Assembly: GCA_036172245.1 (NCBI GenBank)
Contig: JAYWIR010000004.1
Location: forward strand, 6,262,001 to 6,326,000
DNA length: 64,000 bases
Direction of reading: 5' to 3'
From: Raillietiella orientalis
Taxonomy: Eukaryota
Positions 50,740-63,410 of the stretch are shown here, in pieces. Both the position numbers and the translations under genes were made by a program. The notes below the pieces were generated by a model, which saw only the letters and a list, made by a program, of their open reading frames with translations, ran no database searches and was not told where the DNA came from. Position 1 is the stretch's first letter, and each line of letters opens with the position of its first letter.

Positions 50740-51140
50740 GTCCAGTGTGTGTTTCGACTGCAGCAGATACGACCACAAATTGCCTTATTCTTTCGCATCT
50801 TGTCTAGGGATGCCCGAATTTTTCGGGGCTTCAGCGTTTCGCGGACCTCATGTTCCAAGGACTCCAACAATAAACGTATGCACTTTGGATTGCAGACCTT
50901 TGGGTGTGATTTGGCTGGCAGCATCTTAGTACTTCGCTTCCTTCAGTTTCCGGGCAGTGTCAAATGTCTCCTCGCCATTCTCAAACGGGCAGGAGATATC
51001 TAATACCACCATCCTGTTGTCCTTGTTCAGTAGCAAATCCGTCCATAGTGTGGAATTCACACCCATTCTTCACCAGCAGCTTCCATCCTGCTGTTGATAT
51101 TGCAGAGTGCTGCTCAAGTCTTTAGATGATGGCATCACTT
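50740..51140 (-). mobile_element. R2/NeSL-group non-LTR retrotransposon relic, restriction-like endonuclease (RLE) domain
   Basis: One frame with two internal stops: TDLLLNKDNRMVVLDISCPFENGEETFDTARKLKEAKY*DAASQITPKGLQSKVHTFIVGVLGT*GPRN. This matches the RLE consensus PDL-IIDV-CPFENG-AF-AR-K-KY-VG-LGSW-P-N. It is preceded by DAII*RL (H-AIV-RL). Confidence 0.85.
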
Positions 51141-51525
51141 TGATATTAGCGAAAAGGCGGAGAAGTAAAGCACTCAATGTGTATTCACGATCATGTCATA
51201 CTTTATTTATTGAAGTACCGGAAATGGACTTATGATAGAGCAGTAAGACCGATATATCCTTCTGTAATTGACACAAAGGTAGCAGCAGTAATTCGAAACA
51301 GCTCTCCAGAAAACACGCCCTGGACCTAGAGCACCATCTGAAAATATGAAAGCAATAGTGACGTGATTACTAAATATGTCCATCCTCCAATCAAATGCTT
51401 TACATTAAGAGGCTACTTTAGCAGGACAGGATAGTGAACATCATCAGTGTGGAAGCTGCAAAAGTCGTACCTCAAAGTTCATCTAACCTCGCTAGTGTGT
51501 TTTCCGAAATGCTCACGAGTTCAGT

Positions 51526-52510
51526 TCAAAAAATCTGTGTATCAGGAAAGATCTGTAGTCTATGATTTCTGAATCTCGTTTCAGGCAAAGGCTTCGGCTT
51601 ATTAACCACTGACTTTGAGTTCTCATTAACAGGAATAAGTTTTCGAAAAAGAACCGTCGCGTCTTCAGCTGAGGAAAGCATTAAACAAGCAGCAAGACTC
51701 ATCTGCTGCTTAAATTTTCTCAAGTGATCATCAAGGACTCAACATTAATTTTCATTTCAGCAAATGAATTCTGAAAATCTTTCCACACGGCGGCTACAGT
51801 TATTCTAAGAATCTGGCGATGGCAGCACATGCTAGGCTGAGTGAAATGATCGTCAGTCGGAACTCATTCACTTGCCAGCTGAGAAAGTCATTAAGGAAAC
51901 AGGAAAAAACGCTATTATTACTGAAATCAGTAAACTTGTTCTCACATTAGTACGAGAAACTCCTTTATTATGCTATTTATCATGCTGTTATGCTCTTTTA
52001 CCATGCTTCGGCTGATCCAAGAAACAAAGAGAACGGATCGTCAAAATGTGTACCTAAATTCTACTCACAGTTCAATCTTAAAATATTCAAACTGCATGAA
52101 CTGAGTCCTGCTTCGCAACTTTGATGCATGAACCGTTGGATATTGTGATTTTCAAGCCACTCCTTCTGTGAGAAAGACAACTTCTCATGATATTCTGAAG
52201 AAAGTTGCAATTTTCAACTTCTCTTTTTCCACGAAAAAAAATCCTGAACAATCAGAAGTATTTGAAAAATGTGCGCTATAATTGGTATTCGTGAAGATGA
52301 GAAACATGGGCTGATACGTTTCTTAAAAAAGTGCCGGTAACTTTAGAGTCTAATGTCAGAATCCGAGTATCGGTTTTTCTGATTACAACATGCTGTCTTC
52401 CACGTTGCTGACTCTTTCCGAAAAATTCGATCAAGTAATTCGGAACAGTTTCGGGTCGGTGTCGACCAATGGAGACATCTTTGACGAACTGTTGGCTATC
52501 CAAAGCGGAG
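51526..52510 (-). mobile_element. Fragmented non-LTR (CR1/L2/Jockey-like) RT relic
   Basis: LIEFFG...GRQHVVI...LTLDSKV (WI-FL-R-Q-V-I-L-SGV) at about 52330-52440, and SAEDATVL...NHRLQIFP (YADD-L-N-LQ-NP) at about 51540-51680. Confidence 0.35.
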
Positions 52511-53007
52511 CAGCGAAACTTGATTCCAGGCTTGATTTTGATTTCTTTTTTTAAAGAAAAAAAAAAAAATTTGAAATGAGTGCTGTAGTTTCCAAAACAT
52601 TTCCTTGCTTGCTAACTTGGAATATCCCCATTTGCGTATTGAAAAATTTCACTGACTTCAAGTCCGGAAGCATACAGAAAATGTACCTTACAGGAATTCT
52701 TTTGAAACACACATCATGCAAATGTCCTCAAAAACTCTTCGCAAAACAACCACGTTCATCTGACAAAATCACAGACTTGTTTCGTCTAACACAATTTATT
52801 CATAAGCGCGAACTTCTTAATGGTGCCTTGGAAACTTGAGTGACTCTTGGTTACCCGACTCTTTCGATTAATCTATCTGAGATATATAACTTTTTGCTCT
52901 TCCTCGGGTACCAACGTCACGTGGTATGCGATGTAAAATTAGAATTATGGATTGTGCACAATTCTCAACAGCGTGTGACGAAGTGCTAAGGATAATGAAA
53001 GCTAAGA

Positions 53008-53300
53008 GTGCTAAAGACTATGAAGATTAACCTATCTGTAAAGAAAATTGAGATCCCAATCTCACATTCACCGTCCTCAAAGCCAGCGCAACAGATTCGG
53101 CTTGACCGACACACTGAACAGCAGACTGAGTTACAGTTCAATGAAGTGATATTCATCAGTAAAAAATCAGCCTCTCTTATTCTAAACACATCACCCAATG
53201 ATACTTCATGCGATGGAGTCACGCCTCGGTACCTTGCTTGATGGTGCAATTGTCAAACTAACTCGACGTGCACTCTACAGGTCAAAATACTTCCGATTCC
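53008..53300 (+). mobile_element. Non-LTR (CR1/L2-like) RT C-terminal relic
   Basis: QIRLDRH...ELQFNEVIFI...LILN...VTPRYLA*W (Q-LDR-LQFN-I-I-L-LN-VRYLG-W). Confidence 0.4.
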
Positions 53301-54144
53301 TTTGCAGAATCGCCTATCTTGAATCGTTTGTCTTGACCATGATACACAACTCAATAACTTCCATAAATAATCAACCTGGATCCATACAAAATATTCCGTG
53401 AAATGAAATTCCTGCTCGACGCAACCAAAAGTCAGTTCTGATCAGGGAAACCCCAGAACTGATGACTGCTCTGTTGGACGCGTCACATAAAAGACATGCA
53501 ACAGCAACAAGGAAGATGTTAATTTCCCACCATGAGCGTCATGCAATGGAAACTTGAACGTTTCACCAGGAGACTGATCGGTAACAGCAGAAGATTTTAG
53601 GCCTGCCGTCTGTTCAACAGGCAGCCACTGCCGTAAAAAATTATCCTTCTCTCTCGTCATGCAGGTGAACGAAAGCGCATCGAAAAAGCATCCATGAACT
53701 TTACGGAGAGGAAAATGAGGAAGACGAAAGGAAACGAACCAAGCTTCGGTTCCTAAATCGACTTTTTATCCTTGGAAGGTTGTGTGATATCCAGAAACTG
53801 GAATGTAGCAAACGGAACACGTACTTTAAGCTTACGCGAAATGACGGCTGCAAATGTCATGACACGCATTTGCGGAAAAGATCAAAGTTAGCTTCTCCCA
53901 AGTAGCATTCCAAAATAATAGCGTGTACGCTTTCAGTATGCCATTTCCACCTGTTATGAAGTTATGAAGTCCGCTTTCGGATCTCCATTGACGGCCAATG
54001 CACGAAGAACATGTGCTGGGTGCCATAATCGGTCACGCCACGGTGAATTTCGGTAAGTCGGGGAACTTTTCCATCTTATCATGCACTTCATTCGATGATT
54101 GACCACATACTACAAGGGATGGTATTTTTCCTACTTTCGCGAAC

Positions 54145-54480
54145 TTGTTCATTTGTGTGGCGGACTGGTTCAGGACTCGGGTACGAAAATACAGCGAATA
54201 CGAAAGCGGTAACCAGGACGCGCACCGTTCCCATTTCCCTCCCTCAGATTCTGCACTGAGGATTCCAGTGCAATCAGCGCAGACACCTGGTTTCCGGAGG
54301 AGTTGCCTCTCCGAACTGTTCAAGGAGCGGGGCGACGAATCGTACCTGCTGTTGGACTGCAGTGCCCTCGAGGACTTGTGGCGGAGACTTGCTTCGGGGC
54401 TCCATCAACCGCAGGACACTGCAACGGACTTGCTGCGACGCTTCTTCAACGGAGGCGGGCTGAAAAAGAGCACTGTGATT
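54145..54480 (+). mobile_element. Possible LINE C-terminal CCHC zinc-knuckle relic
   Basis: TRTRTV in an alternate frame (RLRTGH), followed by SC...DESYLLLDCSALEDLWRRL (C-E-HLL-C-AL-R). Confidence 0.35.
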
Positions 54481-56449
54481 TCACACCCGGGTGCGCCGGG
54501 GCAAGAGCGCTGTGATCGCAAACAACCGGTTGCATCCGCGCCACAGTGACAGCCCGCCACATGCTAGAGTCAGGTTCGCAGCAGCGAGAGGCCACCAGCA
54601 TGGCAGCAGCTCTCATGAGGACAGCAGCAAGCTGGTCTCAGCTGCCAGAAGAAGTCGCCAGGGAGATTGCCACCATTCACAGTCGCTTCTAGAGAGGGAG
54701 GAACGGCTTCAACCACAGACCCCTGTCCGCACCCTTCCGTCCTTTTTTATTTATCTGTTGTCCTTTCCCTTCGTTTCCTACTTTTTGGAGGCTGGTCTGA
54801 GTGTTGGTGGTTATCCCGGACGAGCTTTTTTTTTTTTTTTTGAATTTCTCGTTTTTTCTTCTTCCCTCTAGCTTGTGATTTATTTTTCAGAATAAGCATC
54901 CCTGCGTAATCGGATTCAAACCTCCCTCAGATGATGATTCTCTTTTACACTTTTGGTTTGGAAGCTCAGTTCCATTTGCTTCATAATGCGCAATGACCGC
55001 TGAGGAGTAACTGCGCCACCGACAGCATTCTCTGAACGCATTTCTCACGCGTTCAGGGATTTTTCCGAAAAGTCGAAATTATTTGGAAACAATTCCAAAC
55101 AACTGTCTGTCTTTCCCTCCCTAAACAAGGGAGCAGGGATTACCTGTTTAAGCTCGAACAACTTAATCGGCAGCCGGGGAAGATTGAGCTCGCTTCACAG
55201 ATCTCCTAGCATTCCGTTCGCTGTCGCACGATAAGGAAGGCACACAGCTCCAAAATGCAGACAGTCACGAGATGCGAAGGCAGTCGGAGCCATCAATTGG
55301 CGCTCCCGATATCTGATTTTGCTACGATGTGTAATTCTCTTACTGAGTAATCCATGGATGAGTCAACGTTCTTATTGCGGTTGGTTTTGTGAAGCCAACA
55401 TCTCTTTTGCTCATGCACATACCTGCTCTCTATTGGTTAATGCGGATCGTGATTCTTTGGAACTTTATTTAGAACAAGATGCTCCTCTTTTCTTTTTTTT
55501 TTTACAGAAGCTTCCGATGGAAACTAAATGACGACATCTGCCTGCAGGAGGATGAGAATGGGCAATGGAACAAAGAAAAAGAACATGTAATCAGCAAGCA
55601 CTCAGAGATCTCATCGCGCCAAGCAGAATGCATATATTCTACGTGATGAGGCAACTGTCGCAAATTGGCTGGCATCTTCTTGCAGTCGGCAAGCCGACTA
55701 ACTGCAGCGTTCATGATATGATGAGCAGCCTTGTCCTGGATGTCTTCTTCCCAGTAAGCCTATCATGCCAAGTAGGTATTCCTCTTCAGGGAATTATTGA
55801 TCCATGTGAACACTAGGCAGACTGATGCAAAATACACACACGCAGACACACAAGAATGAGATAATTATTCCATTCCGATTCGCCACTCAACATAAAGTGC
55901 CAAATTTTGTTATGGAATTTGACTGAAATGACCAATCGAAAGGACGACTAACTGTGATGAAAGTGCGTGTCGTTTAGACGGACGAAAGCAGTCGAGGAGC
56001 ACCGGCTCGTAACTGCAGTGGGAAAAACTCCAACTTTTGAAGTCTCAGGAGGCTTCTGAATCTTTGCGGAGTCACGACGAATACCAAAAGCATTTTCGGT
56101 TAACAGGTAAACCAGATCTCGGTGAACGAAGAACACGCGTAACTGCAAGTACACACGATGCCATTTCCGGAAAAATGCATGCTGTGCACAGAAGCGTTTC
56201 TCAGAAAGGGTTCCATCATCTAGAAAGCACGCTTTCAAGAGTAAGATTGGTTGAAATATGGGTGCTCAAAGCGGTAGGATGATATTACTTTGCTAGTGGC
56301 AGCGTAAGACATTGTGGCACTTTAAGCCTTCTGGAAATGGAGCAGGGGCATTTGGTTATTGCATCATCTCCTGCAGAACTCTATCTTCGGAAGAGCAGTC
56401 GTTTGTGCAGAAGCCTGAGCATAATGACCTGTTCATCACGAATGGTCGC

Positions 56450-57330
56450 TAAATAATCGTGTGCCAGTCAAGAGCCTTGACTGAGGATCAGATAAAAGCG
56501 GAAAACCATCTTTGGATTCGCGGACAAGCAGAAATCTTCAAGACTTGTTCCGAAAGCCCCGAAGGCGATCTTTGAAAATGGAAACTGACTCCCGCGAGGT
56601 GATACAAACTTGGTCTCAAACCAGCGCTCTCGTTCCGATTTGAAAGTATGCACCTCGTTGATGCACTGTCTGTTTCTGGAAAGAAACGGGACGAGCAAAC
56701 ACTCTTTCTACGAATCTGTCGATCTCAGAAGACAAATCTCCGTCCGAGAGCTTCAAAACAGAACTGGAATTCCAAATCCGGTAATCGCAGTGTTCGTCTG
56801 CCAGTTGGTAAAGTGCATGCCAGGGAAAAATTGTGCTCTTTGTGAATGAGGAAAACGTAAAAATGGGAAAAGAACTTATCTGAAGGGTAGACGGAAGGAT
56901 GAAAGGCATAGAGATGCGTTTGGCTTTTCGTGCAGCAGTGATGGATTTTTTCATTTTGTTCAAGCGCGAGAAGTCAAGCTCATAATTCAAAGAAAAATCA
57001 AACTATGCTTGAAAAGAATTCAGTCCATCTCCGATTCAGGAGAATAGACTAGAATTTTTGAGGTCACGAGAAAAAAGATTGCACTCCAGGAAATCGTCAA
57101 CGGCTTGATGAAGTGTCTTCTGTCTGGTGCAAAGCAAACTTCTCCGATGATCTCCAGAGTGGCTGTTAAATCGGTAGGTGGAAAGAAAGAAGAGCGAATC
57201 CAGAAGTTTCCAAGTGACGAGATTGTCAAGAACCAGAAGAGGTACCAACCTCCCTCCAAAAATGAACCTCCTTTCTCGAAAGTGGGAAACTTTACTTCGG
57301 GAAAGGAATTCAGGCTAGGCGAAGCTTCGC
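56450..57330 (-). mobile_element. DIRS1-like RT relic
   Basis: SKVSHFRER (GRL-HF-W), PLLVLDNL, LDFSRLNK (LDL-LN), FPWHALYQ (F-W-LYQF), VPFLSRNR (PV-LR), LEDFCLSANPK (L-LGF-IN-K). Confidence 0.5.
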
Positions 57331-58099
57331 GAGCATGCGGAAGCCGATGATGCCGACACGATGTGATGAGAGCTCCACAACGGAAAAAAGCTCTCCCGTC
57401 TAAAGTAGCCAGCCTCCCATTGTTGTTTTTGAACTGCCCTCAGAAATCCCCTTTTTCATCTCTTTCAATCAAGAGCTAATGCGTGAACAGAGAAGAAAAT
57501 TCGTATTGAGAGTGTGGGAGGACTCTCAAGATAAGAAAACGAACGGCAGGATTTGATCCAAGGACGAGGATAGAAGAATTTCGGGGAAACCGCAGCAGCT
57601 GCGACTAATTCAACAATTTTCACGCCCCTCTGTGGCTTCGAGACATTTCCATGAACTACAGCAGAAAGGCTAAGGCAGATGCGTTATAACTCGGTTTCAT
57701 CGGAAAACAGTTGTCCTATCGTGCGTGCGCACTGTTCCCTCACACGGGCACAGGGAACGTTCCAATGAAGGGTTAACCCAAAGATTACATCCTTGATCAT
57801 CACAGAATGCCCAAGTATGTAGCTGACATCCTCGTCACGATACAAGGCGCTCCTCGTTGAAAATCACCGAGATCAAGGGAAGGTCATGGTCTGGTAACAA
57901 TTTGCGCCGAGCTACTTTTTGTTTGCTGCAGACCTTTCGACAGCCAATGCATTATGATACCATTCATTCCACTATCTCCAGCATGCTACTCGTACGAGCA
58001 ACCCCTTTGGTAGAAGATGCGGATCACCTATGAAGAGTTTTGACCGGGACGAGAGGCCGCAGACATTGGTGCATCATTGCGCGGGACAGACAAGTCTCA

Positions 58100-59460
58100 T
58101 TAACTAGTGGTACGATCTTGCACACCAGATAAGAAAGGCGACACTCGGACAATAGGAGCTAGTGCACCACAACAAACCAATCTCGGGTACTGGCACAAAT
58201 CTCAAGCCGGGCCTGGTATTGCCAAAGGAAAGACGAATCAGCATCCCAAAGGTTCTCTACCCTTCCGAAAGATAGGGCACAGTTCTTAAGGAAGCAAAGA
58301 GTGTTCGTTAAGTATTCCAGGAATGTTCGCCTCCTTAGAGAGGGAACACGAAGCTCTTTAACGCTGTTCCACGCCACCCGAGAGGGACAATATTCACTCC
58401 GGAGAGGTTTCCCAGAGGGATCACGCCTCATTTCTTCTCCGAAGGGAACCCGCGAGGGAATCGCTCCTCTGCTCCTCTGAAGAAAACCCCGAAGGGATCC
58501 TACATTCCTGGTAGAATCCCGGAGAGTCAACGGAAGCAGACGGTTTCGGGCTTCCACAAGTGTCGCACCGGAACGAACCGCCGTCAGCCTGCTGGGGAGG
58601 ATTTGAAACCCACGACACGTCCACATCTCGGCATCGATCCTCCACGCGGGGATTCGTACCCGCACGGTCGCCGACGCAGGCACGTTAGCACGAAAGAGGA
58701 AGGAACTCAGATTTCGTCTGCGCCCTCAGGGGGATAGAGGATTGAAGCTGCGAAATGCTCTGCAGCAAGCAGCTCTCAGAGTCCCGCAAACCAAAGTCCC
58801 CGCGTAGCCGTTGCTAACGCACATACGGCAGCGCACGAAGAACACGGAAGTGGGTTCGAAACGCACTGCACTCAACTGGTGACACCCGCCACAGAACGAA
58901 AGCTTCATTGACACGAATGCTTCTGGACGGGGATGACCGAAGGAAGGTTCACGAGCGGTCACGAGGCCTTCCTTTAACCTGAAACCTTTGAAACACGGCA
59001 CTTCGAGTAAAGGGCAAATCCATGCGGGCCGATTCTCTGCCATGTCTACACCCGTTCTTTCTTTTGCCTTCGGTCGGTGCGCCTGAAGGATTGAGAGCGA
59101 CTCCTCCTGTGGATTTCCAGTAAATACTGTATGTTGCTACTCGTTACTTCATGATTGAGATGCATGTAGTTCTTTCAGTACATCGTGATTCTCTGGATCC
59201 CACTAAGCAAAAGATCACGTGGCTCGCGGCTAGGCGGACGCTTCCTCGGAGACAAAGTGCAGGACCAGGTCCCGGTACTTGTTCCTTTCTCCTCTTGGAG
59301 CTCTCCAGAGCCATCGTTGTGTTCTCGAGGAGGCAGGCAATGCCGCCGATCCTCGTAAAGCAGCACTAGGTCCTGTATGTGATTTCGGTCTACCCCTTGG
59401 ATAAGCTGCTTGGAGGAAAAGTAGCACTCGAACCGTTCGCTGTTGCTCTTCCGGATCATC
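58100..59460 (-). mobile_element. DIRS1-like relic, RNase H to methyltransferase-like to YR
   Basis: GTWS...SREPRDLLLSGIQ (G-WS-IN-EL-A-ALQ), FGHPRPEAFVS (WG-P-IDLFAS), TLRDSTR (S-R-ST), AWNSVKEL...EYLTNTLCFL (W-V-VL-LT-KT-FL). Confidence 0.5.
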
Positions 59461-59736
59461 TGCTTGCTTGTCTTGTATTTTGGTGGTAGCGAAAGAGTAA
59501 TGTACTCGATTTGCTGAATGACTGCTCTCCTCGACGTCTCTGACGTAAGAGCAGTACCTGCAGGGGTCTCCGATTGAAATTGAGCTCAGTAGAGGAAGTC
59601 AACAAGCGCCTACCGTTCTGCTGGACTCTTCACTCTTCGGCCACTGTAGCCTTGGCCATCCTTCTGAACTGTACTCTCGGTCTTCCCTCTTTCTCTTATG
59701 TTTGCGTGTCGCTTTGAGCAAACAAATCAGTAATGA

Positions 59737-59796
59737 TACATCCTTGCACAAAGATGTCTTTGTAATGGGCTCATGACATCTTTGTGCAAGGATGTA
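59737..59796. repeat. Perfect inverted repeat, 22-bp arms with a 16-nt loop
   Basis: tacatccttgcacaaagatgtc-tttgtaatgggctcat-gacatctttgtgcaaggatgta, 22/22 complementary. Confidence 0.95.
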
Positions 59797-62700
59797 AATG
59801 GGCTCCGCCATTCGAGCTCCTCTACTCACGACTCGCTTCTACCAGCCTACTTTCCAGCCAACGACCACCTCAATGCAATCTTAGAAGGAACAAAACTCAC
59901 TGGAATGGAATTCCAGCTTTCGTTTGCTACATTACTATATAGCATCAGCACCATCTTTTAATTGAATTTTGGATCATTACTTCGTGATTCCTCTTGGCAG
60001 TATCGTGCAATGTGTCAACAGCTGTAGAATTTGAGCCTTCGCGCTTCACCTTCGCGCAACTTCATCTCGCTACCCTTCACATTTCGAATCGAAATGCATT
60101 TTGGTAGGTGGCGTACTGAAGATGAAATTTAGTTTTTAATTGCTCTTTGATCTTTAGAGTGCAAAGGCTCTCCAGGCTCAGTCGGAGAAGAAAGCGCATT
60201 TCACAAGGCCCATGCTATCCAATGAAACGTTGCCATATGTACAGAACAGTCATCTTCAGATCTGGCTGCTCGTCACCTCCCGCTGAAAACCGACGGATAC
60301 GCTGGAAACGAATTCTCAGTGGTCCATACCGATTTGTTATTTATTCCGATGCTCTCAAAGGGACACACATTTGAAAGACCGTGAGTGCGAAAAATTGTCT
60401 CTTATCAATGGTTTCCTTGTTTGCCCTATTTAAATGCTGAGGAGTCGAATCGAGTTAGGAAGCCGTGAGTATTTTCATTCGGGCTTTTCATTCCAAAAAG
60501 ATACTGTTAGATTCGAATTCCAAAGTATGCAATGTTGAGACAGGATATCTGTCATATTTCATCATCAGCATCAAGTCCACTATTGCCTTGAGCTTGCCAG
60601 CAATATTTCCACATGGCTTTCTTGGTATCTCTTTTTTATTGCTGCCCGTACTCCTGTACTGTTAGTTTTTCCACAAAGTGGTTTCCAAGGAATCTCGCAG
60701 TAGATAGCTTTGGTGTCAGCCTCGGATTACTGCAAATTCTATATCCCAGGACTTATCAAAATCATTTTCTTCTGGAATATGGTTGACACTGTTCTTCTAA
60801 TTTCGTCATTTCTTTCATGTGATGACATCACAGCTGATGCAATTACGATATCGCATACAAGTTCTGTTCGATCTGCCATTCAGCATGCTCAAGTTTTTTG
60901 TATCCCGGCTTGTTTTTTTTCGTGTGTGTGTTCTTTTTTTTGGAGAGGGGTTGCAATTTGTGTCTTAGTATATTTCTTCCTTCCTTTTTGTCATTTTCCA
61001 TTCCAAGGAACTGAGTAACAGACGTCAAGGCTCAACGTGAGCAGATCGAAAACAGTCAGTGTTGTGTAAGGTGGCAAAGAAGATCCTCTACGCAGAAATG
61101 AAAATCCATAGAAAAAAGGTCTTCGATCTCGTGTGTTTAAAAACCGAATCTTCTGCCTCGAAGACTGCTGGCGGTATTGCGGAGATGCCTTGAATAGAGA
61201 AGGTGGAAGCTTTAGTTCTCAAATTGCATGTAAACACACAAACTAATACATAGTAATAACCCATGTATTTGTCTACCTGCTTATGTGTGTATGTGTATCT
61301 ATCTATTCTTGTGAGTGTATCGGTACCAATAATCGACACGTATTCATCACTTTTTCTCATTCGAGTTAAAGATTTTCTGCTGCAATGACACTTGCTTTCC
61401 TGTTGGCATCCGTCCATCACAGTTCTTCAATGTGGGAGTTTTCCCTTTTTTCTCAGTAAGATCTTGGGCGCGGTTTAGGATTTACTTTTCCACAAAACTC
61501 GCCAAATGGGTGCCATTCATAAGGCTGGCGTTCGTTTGGCACTCGTTCGCAGTGCACTTCGTTAGCATAGAGTTTGAATACAAGTGCATAAACGTTCATG
61601 CCTGGGTTTGTGTGCATTACGTGTACGCTATTTATTTGAGCATTCATGATTCATGACCTTCCCACCTCTCAATGCTCCGTTTCCATTTTGGAAGTACTGT
61701 TTCTAATTCTAAGCAAATTTTCAAGGTCTTCACTCTTTCAAAGATGTATCTTGCACCCTGCCTGAATATTCTCCACAAAGGAGCCAAGCATATGGAATCT
61801 TGCGTTTTTCGATCTCTGACATATGCAATTTTCTTTTACATTTCTTGTGAATTCAACATAGTCAAGGTCAGTGAGGACCATATTCGGTTTACTGAGTTTT
61901 TGGATGTATTTCTCTGTACCAGCTGGCAGTAATGATAGCAATCGCATTCGGAAACGCACATCATTTTAATGTGTGTTTTTGAATGCAGCGTATTACTGCA
62001 AATGTAACTGACTTCTAGCACCAAAAGTTGGTTAGAAAATTCTCTTGAAGTGATAAATTGTTCGATGAAAGGATGCCTCGTTGCTCATTCCATTACATGG
62101 AATTGTCCGAAATTCGTGATATTCGAGTATTTGTCAACCTTGCTCACTCTGAAGATGGAGCAACATCCGCAAAATATCAACAAACTTCTCCCTCAGACTG
62201 CAGTCTAATAACAAGAAATGATCTCTATAAAACATTCGAAGGAACCAACTGCACGCGTACATCATGAGATTTCTATCATTTCAACTTCTTTGGTTAACTC
62301 TTATAGTTTGGAAAAAGGATAGACCGAGTGAATGACGGAAACTCGTGATTCTCGAGCTTAAGATCCAGTTTCTTCTTGTCAGGAGTATTCCAACCTTGTC
62401 ACGAGTCTGCTTTTGTATAGAGAAAACCTGTACATTATCGAAAATCTTACCTCTTCGTGCAAGAAAAGGAAGAGAGTCATTCTTATTTTGGAAGCAAATT
62501 ACTTTGGAGCGATGACCGTGCTGAGTGAGAGTAATAAAGAATGTAAATTTTTACTGACATTTTTGAGATTGGGAATTTTTTAATGTAAGGTTGTACAAAC
62601 ATCGATGCATGTTAAGTTCCAACTTTTACAAGGATCGAAGCATAAGCAGAAGATCTCTTTTGTACAAAATGCCACTATGCAAGCAAAGATCAACACGTGT

Positions 62701-62912
62701 GCTCTGCCTTCGGAATTCCATTCAGGATTACGTCGTGCCTATTCTTTTCAGTAAATAATATTAAATAGAAATCGGATTTCACCTGAAAGTTCTGTAGTCA
62801 TCCATGAAAAATTACTATTTCAATTGAAATTGCGTCTGCATATCGTATAATCACTAGATGACTTCTGGAATACTGTAAGGAGGATACAAGAAACTGCTAC
62901 AAAAAAAGTTAT

Positions 62913-63410
62913 GTGCAAATTATCTGCTGTATACCTGGCAAGGGTTGGAATGCTTCGTTCATTTTCACGCGTGTCAGTTACCCCTCTAATGCATCACTCA
63001 TCAGCGAATTATTAATGACGATCAGTTTAATAGGAACGCTAAATATGTGCAAATTCCTCCATGCTTCTGGAAATTACGAGTATTCCTGGAGCTGCATTGC
63101 TCCGAATGATGCAGAACGTAACGGGAAAGGAAGTGAGATGAAATTTTACAATGCACTCCAGAAGTTCGTCGTGGACGTGTCAGCATAGTTTGGAGAAGAT
63201 GACGTTTTCACCAGTCGAACTCAAGGAATAAATCCTGCAAGAGTATGGGAGAACTCATACTGTGGTTTACTGGAGGTGAGTGAATACGGTATTGTGCCAG
63301 ATGCCTCCTTTTCATCCTTTAGTGCAAATTCCTGCTTTCCTGAACCGCTACTGCGTTCCAGCTGAAGTGCCAGACATGAGAATTCAACGTTAAGAATTAT
63401 GATCCAAGGA
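62913..63410 (+). mobile_element. RTE-like LINE relic, apurinic endonuclease (APE) domain
   Basis: ISELLMTI (ISERLM-I), CIAPNDAE...KFYNALQKFV (YAP-FY-LQ), EVSEYG (E-NENG), ANSCF...SS*SA (ANT-F-TW-S). Confidence 0.6.

Noticed and set aside
52986..53249. Cys-rich minus-strand ORF as a PAN/lectin-like exon
   Set aside because: I found no convincing splice sites, and the opposite strand fits a LINE RT C-terminus better.
55948..56238. FLDDGTL as an RT catalytic motif
   Set aside because: It is an isolated motif without supporting flanking RT blocks.
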